Both the position numbers and the translations under genes were made by a program. From assembly GCA_054600435.1 (NCBI GenBank), contig BAAIJX010000026.1, positions 124,001 to 188,000 on the forward strand: a DNA stretch of 64,000 nt. Direction: 5' to 3'. The notes under the pieces are model-generated. The model made no database searches and was not told the origin of the DNA. It saw nothing but the letters and a program-made list of their open reading frames with translations. Numbering within the stretch: the first letter of the stretch is position 1; each line of letters opens with the position of its first letter. Origin of the DNA: Neophaeotheca triangularis (Eukaryota). Below are positions 1 through 11,015 of this stretch, one piece after another.

Positions 1-1037
1 TTGACAGCCTGAACACCAGGCTTCAACTTGGGCAAGAATGTGCGGGCTTCTACCGGGTCGTGGACAAGCTTCGTCAAGTTCTCGACCACAACGGCAGTCT
101 GGCGCAAGACTTCTTGAGCGGTGGTAGGAGTGTTGAGGGCGCGCTCCAAAAGAGGTGTGAGGAGTGCGAGCACAGGGGAGGTGACGACAGTGACGAAGGT
201 TGTCTGCGAGAGAGCGTGAATGGCCTTGCGCTGCGCCTCTGTGCTGGGATCTTCCATGCTCTTGACCAACAAAGGTATCCGCGGCTCAATATCGTCATTT
301 TGTAGCAGAGTAGTCAGGCTGTTCATCGCCTTCACGGCCTGCTTAGAGACCTCAGTCTTCAAGTCGTGCATGCCTTGCTCGACTATGGGAATCAAGCTCT
401 CGAGCTTCTTGCCCATGGCCTCACGCAGCACGTCCTTGTTCTTCTCAACTTCTCTGCTCTCCATTCCAATCTTCGCCTTGTCCGCCATGCGACCAATCAG
501 CTCGAGCGCACCTACAGCACCCTGCCATTTGCCAGACTTCTTGGCGAGGTATTGCATGAGCACGGGCAAGAGAGCGTAAACTTTGGCTTCAGGTCGGAGG
601 TGGTCGAAGAGCACGTCAAGCGCATACCTCGCGCCATCCTTGACCGCCGAGCCCTTGTCGGACAACAGATCAAGCGCGCAAGGTACCAGAGACTCCTGTT
701 GTAGCAAGAAGACTACCTCGCTGATGGGGGCTTTTGGCGGGAACTTCTCGAAAAGCGCGCCAAGAGCGAACATGGAACCCTCTCTTTTCGCAGCATCCTT
801 CTTGTTGGTGGCAGCCTTGACGATCTCTGGCAGAATGCCGTAGCTGAGCAGGCCACGGAAACCGACGGAGTTGAGCATGGCGTCCGTCAGCGCGTAGGAG
901 CCGTCGAGAGACTCCTGGGAGGTCTTGGAGGAGTAGATTTGCTTTGTGAGGGAGGCGACATCGTCGGGAGAAGGGGCGGCGTCCTTGCCGGAAACCATAA
1001 CTGCGGGCGCCATGGGAGGAGATTCGTGGTGTGGCAT
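1..1037 (-). CDS. elf1: Elf1/New1-type ABC-F ATPase (eEF3 paralogue), N-terminal HEAT region; gene runs off the left edge
   Basis: Missing from the ORF track because its stop lies outside the window. Manual translation from ATG 1037 (or ATG 1013) is open to position 1: MAPAVMVSGKD...KWQGAVGALELIG...LIPIVEQGMHDLKTEVSKQAVKAM...NDDIEPRIPLLVKSM...KAIHALSQTTFVTVVTSPVLALLTPLLERAL...RQTAVVVENLTKLVHDP. These are eEF3/New1 HEAT-domain motifs; the N-terminus resembles the Elf1/New1 branch more than eEF3. Confidence 0.8.
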   Translation of the reverse strand, partial: MPHHESPPMAPAVMVSGKDAAPSPDDVASLTKQIYSSKTSQESLDGSYALTDAMLNSVGFRGLLSYGILPEIVKAATNKKDAAKREGSMFALGALFEKFPPKAPISEVVFLLQQESLVPCALDLLSDKGSAVKDGARYALDVLFDHLRPEAKVYALLPVLMQYLAKKSGKWQGAVGALELIGRMADKAKIGMESREVEKNKDVLREAMGKKLESLIPIVEQGMHDLKTEVSKQAVKAMNSLTTLLQNDDIEPRIPLLVKSMEDPSTEAQRKAIHALSQTTFVTVVTSPVLALLTPLLERALNTPTTAQEVLRQTAVVVENLTKLVHDPVEARTFLPKLKPGVQAV

Positions 1038-1306
1038 CTGGGGGGGTGTTTTACAGATGTCGACGCAGGTAATAGAGGTGGGAGAGTAGTCTGGCGCAAC
1101 AAGAAAACAGGAATGGGTATCTTCAACAACTTTTTTTGAAAATTCAACAAGCGCAGTAAGTAGGGTGGATAAGCCGCAGCTTCGTTCGGTCTAACCGGCC
1201 GAGATAGAGTATGGGCTGCGTCTTCTGCTTCACTAGGAGGCGCTCCCGAGCGACTCGTCGAGTGAATTAAGAAGAGGAGTGGAGAGGTTCCGCAAAGGGA
1301 AGAAGA

Positions 1307-1345
1307 GTGGTGGTGGTGTTGTTGTTGCAGGAGTAGTAGTAGTAG
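1307..1345. repeat. Compound microsatellite (TGG)n(TTG)n(GTA)n upstream of elf1
   Basis: Directly visible: gtggtggtggtgttgttgttg...gagtagtagtagtag. Confidence 0.8.
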
Positions 1346-2075
1346 AGTAGGGGAGGGAGGAGGGAGAGATTATTAGGTAGCGAGGAGAACGGGCGGGACC
1401 AAACAAAAAGGCTGCTTATTGAATTTTGGTGAACATTTTCTGAGTACTAGCTCCGCTCCCTCCGCCACACCTGCCCGCCCGCCAAAGCCCGCCCACCAAG
1501 CTTCCATCGCCGCTCACCAAAACCTGGAAGCCAGCCCAGGGCTGGGACAGCGTCACAACAATGCCAGTGCACGTGCAAATCCGCCGGTCGCACCCGTCTG
1601 CCAATAATCTCATCCCGACTCCCTTGCACGCTCTCGACAACTTCATCTGCCAAAATGCCATACCTAGCTAGATCAAGGTACTGTGTAAGCAACAAAGGCT
1701 ACTCAGGTTGTGTATACTGCTTGAAAACCTCTCGCATAACTCATGCCAATAGCATCTCTCCCAATCCATCATGTCCCACTTTCCCCTCTCGTCGTTCTTT
1801 CGCGCCAGAGGCCTCTTGTCGGAAAAGTACCCAATTCCCTCATGGACCGGCCCCTTAAACCTCCCCTCTCTTGCACGGACACACCCATTTAATCTTCTTG
1901 CCAACACGAGCCAGACCAGAAGAGATATCACGCTCCGCGGCCTCAGTGTACAACTGTTCCCTCAACAACAGCGACTCCGTCACTGGACCAGCCCGATCAT
2001 TCCGGCGCACCAAACGCGCAGGCTCCCCCTGACTAACGTCCCACTCTCTCGTCCCGCCAGCAGCACCAAAGTGTC

Positions 2076-2984
2076 CTATACCCTCCAATGCCCGCATATA
2101 CTCTTCTCCGAGCCCCGTCCACATAACCGACACATTCCATCCCGCTCACGAACATACTCCTCCGACTCTTTCAGCTGTCTCTGCCACGTACGCAACCCGA
2201 AGCGCCACTCTTGGAAATTCTCCTCCCCCGACTCTTCCCCAGCCGAGCCGAACCTTTCCAAACTCCCCAGAAACCATAACAACTCCCTAGCCCGCTCCCT
2301 TCCCTCGTCCCCAACAATCTCTCCCTTAGATTCGGAAATCATAAGTGTCTCAGGGGCCAAAACCCTCGAAGCAACGTCCTCCGAACTGTAGTCGCTGCCG
2401 CCATCATCACCGCTGCTCGCGAGCGAGGTCAAGCCGTAGAGATCCTCTAGACTCATGGCGCAGAGGTCGTCGCTGGTGAAGGAGAGGGAGGTCGATGGTG
2501 AAGAGGGGGCGGAGGCATTGTCGCCGTTCTCGTAGGAGGCGGTGGCGTTATTTTTCTTTTGCTTGGTTTGGTCCTCGTTCTTCTTCTTCTCGTGGCCGTC
2601 CTTCTCGTTCTTCGCATCCTTCACATCCTTCAAGCCCTCCTCTCCATCTTCATCACCAATCTTGACCCAAGCCTCAAGCAAAACATCCAGACTTTTCTTA
2701 TCCTGCTTGCGCATTTCCTCGAGAGTGAAGCCGCCGCGTGGAAGAGTGGTATGACTTTCCTTCTCAGAGATCTCAGTGGCGATCTCCTCGTCTGACGGAA
2801 CAAGTCTAAGAACCTGCTTCTCAACGCCGGAAGGTGCGGTAGTCTCAGTCGAGACAGTCGCACGACGCGTACCACACCTTTTGAAGTGTGAGTGAAGCGT
2901 GTTGTGCCCCGGTGTTGTTATGGATTCTTGCAGTCGGGAAACGCTAGAGCTGATACGCACGCTGAGGTGCATCGAGAACTCCAT
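2076..2984 (-). CDS. Hypothetical acidic, low-complexity protein (orphan-like, possibly decaying)
   Basis: ORF of about 300 codons from ATG 2984, with a K/E/D-rich middle and coding-like purine bias. No family recognised. Confidence 0.4.
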   Translation of the reverse strand: MEFSMHLSVRISSSVSRLQESITTPGHNTLHSHFKRCGTRRATVSTETTAPSGVEKQVLRLVPSDEEIATEISEKESHTTLPRGGFTLEEMRKQDKKSLDVLLEAWVKIGDEDGEEGLKDVKDAKNEKDGHEKKKNEDQTKQKKNNATASYENGDNASAPSSPSTSLSFTSDDLCAMSLEDLYGLTSLASSGDDGGSDYSSEDVASRVLAPETLMISESKGEIVGDEGRERARELLWFLGSLERFGSAGEESGEENFQEWRFGLRTWQRQLKESEEYVRERDGMCRLCGRGSEKSICGHWRV

Positions 2985-4368
2985 GGTACTGCAGCTGGCT
3001 GGCTCGCTGGCTGGCGCGAAAGTGAAAGTGTCGGAAACTCTTTTGGCGCAACTCGCTGGATCTGGAAGTGTTGGGAATGCTTTCGCGACGTAACATGCAA
3101 ATTTCAGGGGCCAAGGTGGGGCGGATGGATGTACGAGAGCCAAGTTCGATTGTTTCGAGCGCGTGAGTGCAATTAAGGATGGCTGGGTAAACAAGCGGGA
3201 GGAGAACCTCATCGATGCCCCTGGACCCGCTTTCAGTTTGGGCGGACGTGAATGACCTCCTTGACCTGTGGCTTCAGGCTCCGGCCATCGCTCAAGACAA
3301 CCAACATCGAGACGGGGCGAAGACCGCATTGACTCTTTCTTTGCCCTCGTACTATTATCCCCCGCCAGCTGGGCGACATGGATTTTCTTACTGTTCTCTG
3401 CTCCGGCACGGCGACACAGTCTTTCAGGTGCGCTTACTCTTTGGTGGACATCGGTCTTGCGTTATATTGAAACCTCCATACACGGCCAAAGAGGGCACAA
3501 GGTTCCCGCCGGCCAATACCACTATATGAGCTACGCGTACGCTGCCACACATCGGAATCTAGCTTCCGCCGCTCTGGCAGCCGTTTCAAGAGTCCATAGC
3601 TCCACGGTCTTTGCTAGTACCCCTTTTCGCTCGCGCTCTTGTCTCCCTGCTTCCATCGGCTGTGAAGTTGTACGCTTGCACGCAACGAAAACACTAGCAT
3701 TGCCGTTTAATAGTAGTCAAGGGTAGCAGTGCATTGCCGGGAGATGGCTCGAGGGGCTGTGGAAAGACTGAAAATGGATTCCATTATCGCTTTTTTGAAA
3801 ACCCCTGGCTTACAGTGGTGCCTCCGTATGCTATGAGGTGGTGAATCGTGTGGGCTTTGGCTCGGACCGCTTACTTGACTACGGTGGCTCTGGTTATACT
3901 CGCACCCGACTACTACGGCGAGGACATACATGAAAATGTGTGCCAAGTCCCCCTGCAATACGCGGCAGCAGTACGGAACGATAGTTTTGGCTCAGGGTTG
4001 TTCCCGTCGGTCGCTACTGATAAAGCTTATTGGCGTGTCCTCGCTCTAGGTGTCTCCTTTGCTTTTGGACTACCATGGCTGGACGTCAAAGGGAGGACAC
4101 CAATGCTCCCTGCAAAGGCCTGAGCAGCGCAGTTGGATCCGAACCGGGGCTGTCTATGTCGAGATTCCAAGAAAGACTTGCAATACCAGGCTTCCGTTTC
4201 AAGTTTCGTACTGACAGCTATTTTGGTTGGCAGAGCCAAAGTACGCGCCTCTCTTTTCCGCACAGATGACGCGTAGGAAGGGCGACACATGTGGGCCATA
4301 CGAAACCAAGGGTCGAAAGATAAATCAGGTGCTTATTTGTCTCCCGACAGCTGGAGCTTGCGAAACCA

Positions 4369-5228
4369 TTAAGGCAAAATCTCCTCCCCCTTCCAATCCC
4401 AGATCTTACCCCTGTCATCAATACCCCTGGTCCTCACAACCTCTAGCAGCTTCTCCGCCGCAAATTCAGGGCTGAATAGTTTCTCCTCCTTGACATTGCC
4501 CCAAAATTCTTTGCTCAATCCCGTCTTCACCGTCCCAGGATGCAGAGCAATACTCAGAGCATTCTCTCCCGCACTCGTCTTCAAGAAGTTGTCGAAACTC
4601 TTGGTGACTTGGTTCAGTCCTGCTTTGCTCGCACGATAGCTGTACCAACCTCCAAGCCCATTGTCCGTGATGCTGCCCACGCGTGCGGACATGTTCGCCC
4701 AGGTTGCGCGGGGCGGGAGGACGTCGGGATCGTCGGAAGAGAGGTTTGTGGATTTTTTGGGTAGGAAGGCGGAGAAGTGTTTGAGCAGTAGCATTGGGCC
4801 GAGGGTGTTGGTGCGGAAGGTTAGGAGTGCATTGTCGTGGTCGATCTGGGAGGGTGACTTCTCGGGGAAGAGAATGCCGGGAATGCTGAGGGCGAGGTGC
4901 AGGTAGTGGGAGTTCTTTGGAAAAGTTTCGAGGAGCTCCGAAGCGGCGGTTGAGATTGTGGACTCGTCTGTAGTGGGACGAGGTTAGTCGAGGTATTGGT
5001 GGCGTATATGTGTTTGGAGAAGGCTGTCCTACCGAGGACGTCGAGCTTGACGACGGTTAGACGGTCTTCTTTGACGTCTTTCAAGCCAGTCAAAACATTC
5101 TCTCGTGCTTGGTCCAGCTCTTTTCTTGCTGTTGCTACGACTGGTACGTTGGTCGTCGTGAGTAGCCGGCGGGCTAACTCAAGGCCTATGCCACGGGAAG
5201 CCGGTGTCACCAATGCCCACGGCTGCAT
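4369..5228 (-). CDS. Short-chain dehydrogenase/reductase (C-factor/CsgA-like)
   Basis: Exons 5228-5033 and 4967-4369; intron 4968-5032 (GTAGGA...ACTAAC...CAG). Motifs TPASRGIG, YRASK (YxxxK), LHPGTVKT and C-terminal DWKG. Confidence 0.9.
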
Positions 5229-5631
5229 CTTGTCCTATTCTGGGAGTACTGAAGCTGCGAACTGATGTAGAACTTGAAGACATTGTGCCGATGCCCTCGT
5301 ATATATCTCATTTGTTTGGATGATAGCCAGACTTGCTGTAGAGATCGGCCCGGCGCAGATAGACTTTAAGATCATCCTGGGGTAGAGACTAGAGTGGATG
5401 GCTTGGCATCGTTAAGCCAACTTCACCACCTCACTTTCCCTTTTCACGTGCTTCTTTACTTTAGTTTAAAGACTATACTCAACTACGCTATTGTTCGTTT
5501 GATCCTGTTGCTTCTACTTCGACGAGTCTGAAGCTGTCGAAGCTCTTCTAAAAGCGTCTGCAGACCTCTCACGGCTGGGAACTTGTGCAGCAGAATGCAA
5601 TGATGGCTGTCTTGACGGATGGCGAAAGACA

Positions 5632-7260
5632 ATGCCCAGATCAACGACCTCTGCACGAGCAAAGGCGCTTAGAACATCCCTCTACGGGCAAGGAAAGCGC
5701 CAAGTTCAACGACCATCCTCGGGCGAGATCCAAAGGCAACAGAAGCAGAAAGAACAATCCTTGAATGCTGCGGCAGCATCAGAATTCTCGTGGATTCTAA
5801 ATCAAAGCCCGGTGAAATCTGCCAAATCACCAACTCAGGAAGGGCGGCAGGTAGTTTGCCATTCACAAGCGAAGGCATGGCAACCGGAGTGTAAGGAGTT
5901 GCCCATTTGCTGTTCAAGAGAATCCCACTGATATGTTCAAGCGCTCCGATACCCGGGTACGAGGCGTACGGCGAGTCGTTCAGCCAGGGACACCACTTGG
6001 CAGACTTCACTCAAGCGTGTTCGAGAAGAAGAATCCCCTGTGTCAACAGTAAAACCACCAAAGAAACCTAGCCACCAGCTATCACCAGAAGGTAAAGCAA
6101 TTGTGAAGCGATACGACAATATCGAGACGCTGCAGAATCTGCTAGGCGTTGGAAACGATTCGGAAGAATCGGAGGATGCTATATTCCTCGCGCTAGACAC
6201 CGAATTCGATCCCGGCGCCTGCCAATTAGGGCTATGCGTAATCGACACTCGGGATTTCAAAGACTTGAAACCCGGGTGTTCGGACCCCGTCTCTTGGATG
6301 AAAAGGATGAGGGTGCAAGACTACATTTTCGAGTCTGCTAGCAACCTTGAGAGTCGAAGGGACAAATTCTGGTTCGGTACTAGTAGGGTTATCCACGCTT
6401 CGAAGGTGATACCCGCCCTCCAGCGACTACTCATTTCCTTGGCTCAACCCCGTCTCCCCTATTCAACCCTGTCTGGCGCTCAAGCAACCCCTCCGAAACT
6501 TATCTTGGTCGGTCACAGTTTACTGGGCGACCTCGGGAGGCTCAACGACATCCCCGCTGCGAATTTTTCCATTACAAGATGGGCTGAAAACAACAACATC
6601 CCCTTTGCCCACATCTTCGACACAGCGTTCTTGGTACAAGAAGCTTGCGAGCGGGGCGCCTCGCTTTCGGGTCGACTGGGCGCATTGATGACCCACTTAG
6701 GAGTAAAAGGAGTACACGTGCGGGCGGCAAGAGAAAGTAAAGCAATCTCAACTGGGCCACGGATTGCGCAGATTAGCCGGTCGTTCCGGCAGTTCGAAGG
6801 TGTGCCTGACCGACACAATGCTGGAAACGACGCTGCTTACACCATGCTGGCGCTGCTTCTGATTGCTGTCAGATGGGAAGATAAGATGTTGCCGAAGAGA
6901 TCACGGGCCTCTGATGTTCGGGATTCAAGCATTTCAGAAGCCCAGTCCGAGACCGACGAGCAGCTCGATACCGCACTGGAACAAAGCAGTTCGAGCCATC
7001 AAGCAGATGGCAGCCGCTCAGTGAAGTCATGGTTACGGAGCATCGTCGAGCGACTACCTTTCATCAAGAACTATATTGCGGGAAGCTTCGGCCTGCCGTC
7101 TTCCGCGAGCGGACCTAAGGCGACTTCTGAGCGTGAGCGCATACGGCTGAAGCGGCAACTAAAGCGTCATCGCAAGGCAGCCAGGAAGCATGAGCAAGCA
7201 TCGAGCACGCCACAAGGGAACATCACCTCAGGCTCGGAGAAGACCATGAGTGGAAACTGA
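5632..7260 (+). CDS. DEDDh 3'-5' exonuclease of the Gfd2/YDR514C/QIP-like family
   Basis: Exons 5632-5890 and 5942-7260; a 51-nt intron (GTAAGG...CTGAT...AAG) removes the TGA at 5929-5931. Motifs FLALDTEF, LVGHSLLGDL, IFDT and HNAGNDAAYT. The first exon is less certain than the nuclease domain. Confidence 0.75.
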
Positions 7261-7722
7261 TGCGAGAGGCGAGCACGAATTGAACGCGTGGAGTGCATTC
7301 GTCAAAGACGGCCAACTTTCGAGGAGCAGACCATGGCTTCTGAGCGGGTTAACGGATTTGATCTTCGACGAAACAGGCATTGCGCGGTACACTCCTTCGC
7401 GGCTGGCAGATTGCGAGGGGATTTCTTGCTATGTCAAGTGGTAGGAGAATGTACATAGTCAAGTCCTACCGCAGCCGATCGTGGGGACTTTGCTGTCTAG
7501 TGAGAGTCGTAGCGACTAATTCACTTTTCTGGAGGTCGATACACTTTGAATTTGACGTGTTTTGAGCCTTTTGTCATGCTTTTCAGGGCTTTGGGGGAGC
7601 AGATGTCACGTCGTATCCCGGGTGAATGTTACGGACATCCTGTAGGGTCAAGCGTCGAGAAAATGGGAGAGGCCGCACAATATGTGTAGTAGCCTTTCAG
7701 GCGGAGGGGCTAGGTATACGCT

Positions 7723-8341
7723 CGAGCAATTGCTGTACGGAAGAAAGCACTGCGGAGGATGTTGCAGAAAGGTAGCAGTATGACTCCGTTTGATGCTCTG
7801 CCGAACGCGCCGATGCCATCAAGTCTTTGTATGCAGGAAAGGGCTCGCGATTCTGGGATCATCGGGATGCTTGCACCGTGTCTGCAGGAGGTGCTGTTAG
7901 AGCCCACCTAGCCTACTTCAGTGTTTGTTAATGTGGTTGATAAACACATGCATGTAGGGCGTTGCTTCTTGTTATGCAGCCATGAGCTAGCGTTGTACTG
8001 TGACAGCCAGTGAAAAGGCAGCTTTCCAGATAGGGTCTCGAAGAACCTAATACAGAAGATGCTCATCCGAGTTATTATTAATTGGTGCTACACAAGCGTG
8101 CAAAAGGACTCTGATAATGTGTAGTGAAAAGGGAACAGTCGTCCGATTCCGCAAGAGCAGCAACTCGGAATGGACACCCTGCTTACCTAAGATGTCTAGA
8201 TGATGATCATGCTTGGCGTGAGCAAGTTTGAGTCGCTTCGGGACAATTTTTGATCCACTTGCGACGAGAACAAGGCGTCCCGACTACTTCAGAGAGGAGA
8301 TCGGGAGTACCTATGCTAAGGTAGGAATACCTAACGAGCAC
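7723..8341. promoter_or_regulatory. Candidate copper-response (Mac1/Cuf1-type TGCTCR) elements upstream of the Ctr gene
   Basis: TGCTCR cores at about 7723 (minus, ATTGCTCG), 8060 (plus, GATGCTCA), 8219 (minus, CTTGCTCA) and 8335 (minus, GTGCTCG). Short motifs, so chance matches are possible. Confidence 0.35.
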
Positions 8342-8706
8342 CTCAGTAGGTCTTGCGTCTTTTGATTATTATTCTTGTTCTTACCATCTTCCCTCAAACT
8401 TGCTTACTCTCTCCAAATCGCATTTCCTTTCCGGTACCTATCCACTGTCTTGCTTCCCATCCGAATATAGCAGCAATACCGTACCCGCATAGATCCACCC
8501 CTTCTTCGTCACTGCCAACAACAACTTGCTCAAACCCGATTACCACGAGGCCAGTCCATATAACCCTCCTCGCATACGGCCGCACAAGACATAAGAAGCA
8601 GCTCGCGCACCGTACACCGTCCTCCCACATCGATCCATCTTCTCAACAGTAGCAGCAACATTCGTAGCACCCACATCAGCTACCCCTCCAGACTACCCCG
8701 CCTGAC

Positions 8707-9376
8707 ATGGACCACGATATGTCTGGCACGGACCATGGGTCAATGGACTCTAGCAGCGGCGATGGAGGCATGATGGGCATGGTCATGACCTTTTTCAACG
8801 CCCAGAACACACCTCTCTACTCCACCGCATGGACACCATCAACTACCGGCCAATACGCCGGCACATGCATCTTCCTCATAGTCTTCAGCATCCTCTACCG
8901 CGCCATGTACGCCTACCGTCACATTCTTGAAGCTAAATGGCGCGATCAAGCCATCAACAGACGCTACATCACCGTCGCCGAACCACCCAGGAGTGATAGT
9001 GATGCCGAGACCCAGTCTGGGGAAGCTCTGCGGGAACAGGAGAAGGACGAGCAAGCCACACTCACAGTCAGAGGCATGGAGGAGAGGGTCAAGGTTGTGA
9101 CGACACCACGGACGACGCTTCAGGCCGTTCCTTTCAGACTCAGCATCGATGTACCACGGGCAGCCTTGTCCACTGTGACCGCGGGCGTGGGATACTTGCT
9201 GTGAGTACTTTCGGAACGCATTCGATCCGGTTCTGACCCCGCTAACGAGAAAATCTCATAGCATGCTGGCAGCAATGACCTTCAACGTTGGTTACTTCAT
9301 GTCGATATTGGCGGGTATTTTTATCGGCGAATTGGCGACGGGCCGTTACGCCTCGCTCAGCGACGATCACCACTGA
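8707..9376 (+). CDS. Ctr-family copper transporter
   Basis: Exons 8707-9200 and 9262-9376; intron GTGAGT...GCTAAC...TAG. Met/His-rich N-terminus (MDHDMSG...MMGMVMTF), MLAAMTFN (MxxxM), AGIFIG (GxxxG), C-terminal DDHH. Confidence 0.92.
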
Positions 9377-9829
9377 GAAAGTGTAATTACTCTGATTATC
9401 TCGCATTTGGAAGCGTTTGAGCGAAACTATGTACAGAACGGTACAAGATTACTGTTCAGCTGCCACATTCCTCCTCCTTCGGGACCAGACTATCCGGTTT
9501 GAGACACCTCAACCTAAGCCACTGACAAGCTCTCCGCAAAAGCATCGTGAATCCGGGGGAGCCTGGACTTTAGGAGCATACCACCCATCGGCTTCTCCCG
9601 TGCTGTCATTTCCCAAGAGATTGCAAGCATCAAAGGCTATTCATGATCAACAACTGCCTGCTTACCTACGCGTGTGTTGTTGGTATGTGGTCGTAACACT
9701 ACATATACCATGTAGGTGTCCCTCCCCCTCCTCGTCGCTTTTCGTTCCGGCAGGTAATCAATTCCACACTCGCTACGACACATCTTTTCTTCGTTTCAAA
9801 CACTTTGAACCTATATCCCTTTAATCAAC

Positions 9830-10893
9830 ATGAAATCTACTCTCATTCTCGGCCTCGTTGGCGCTTGCGCTGCCGCTCCTTTGACCAAGCGTCAGATGCT
9901 GTCGGACTTCAGCGACGGTATGCCCTGAGCGTGCTGTTTCCCCCTGCGATGCCAGTCTTACTGATGAATCCCCTAGCCGATGTCCTCAACTATGCCTTGA
10001 CCCTTGAACACCTCGAGGCAGCCTTCTACGCCGAAGGCCTCAAGAACTACACCCAAGGCGACTTCGCCAACGCCGGTTTCGACGAGACCTTCTACAAGAA
10101 CCTCCAAGAGATTGCCTACGATGAGCAGACCCATGTCTCCTTCCTCTCCGGCGCCCTCACCTCGGTTGGCGCCGAGCCAGTCCAACCCTGCACCTACGCC
10201 TGGGGAGTCGACACCGTTCAAGGCTTCGTCGCCACCTCGCAAGTCCTCGAAGGCGTCGGCGTCAGCGCCTACCTCGGCGCCGCCCAGCAGATCATGAACA
10301 AGGACTACCTGACGGCCGCGGGCTCCATCCTGACCGTCGAAGCCAGACACTCGGCCTACATCCGCGCCGCCCTGGAGCAGATCCCCTTTCCCTCGCCCTT
10401 CGACGCGCCCCTCACCCCCAACGAGGTCTTCACCCTGGCCTCCAGCTTCATCGTCACTTGCCCGCCCTCCAACCCAGGCCTGCCTCTCAAGTCTTTCCCC
10501 AAACTCGCCGTCACCAGCACTGGCACCGTCACCAGTGGCTCCAACATCACCGTCGAGACTCAAGGCTACACGCTTGCGCCCAAGGATGCTCACGCCGGCC
10601 TTTTCGCTGCTTTCGTTAGCGTGACTGGCCCTGTGTACGCTCCTCTCCAGGCTGAGGCCGATGGCCGTACCTTCCAGGTCACCGTTCCAGATGGCGTCAA
10701 CGGGCAGAGCTACTTGCTCTTCACCAGCTGCGACGAGGGCAATGTCAATGATGCTTCCACTGTCGCTGGACCTGTGGTTGTTGAGGTGAGTCGGCTATGA
10801 GTCGGCAAGTCGCATTACCATTCGAGCGAGTCGCTAACCACTTCCTAGGTTTCCAACCCTATCCATCGCTTCAAGCCCTCCGAAGAATACTAG
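9830..10893 (+). CDS. rds1: Secreted Rds1-like ferritin-like-domain stress protein
   Basis: Exons 9830-9917, 9977-10785 and 10849-10893. Signal peptide MKSTLILGLVGACAAAP plus KR; motifs DVLNYALTLEHLE, DEQTHV, LEGVGVSAYLGAA and ILTVEARH. Confidence 0.88.
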
Positions 10894-11015
10894 GCGTTAG
10901 CAAATACGACATTACAGTCCACCACAGGATGTCTTTGTACAATGCTATTCCCATGGCAATGCTTATTGATATTTCATTAAGTTCCCAGATAGTCCGCTCG
11001 AACCATTAATTCACA

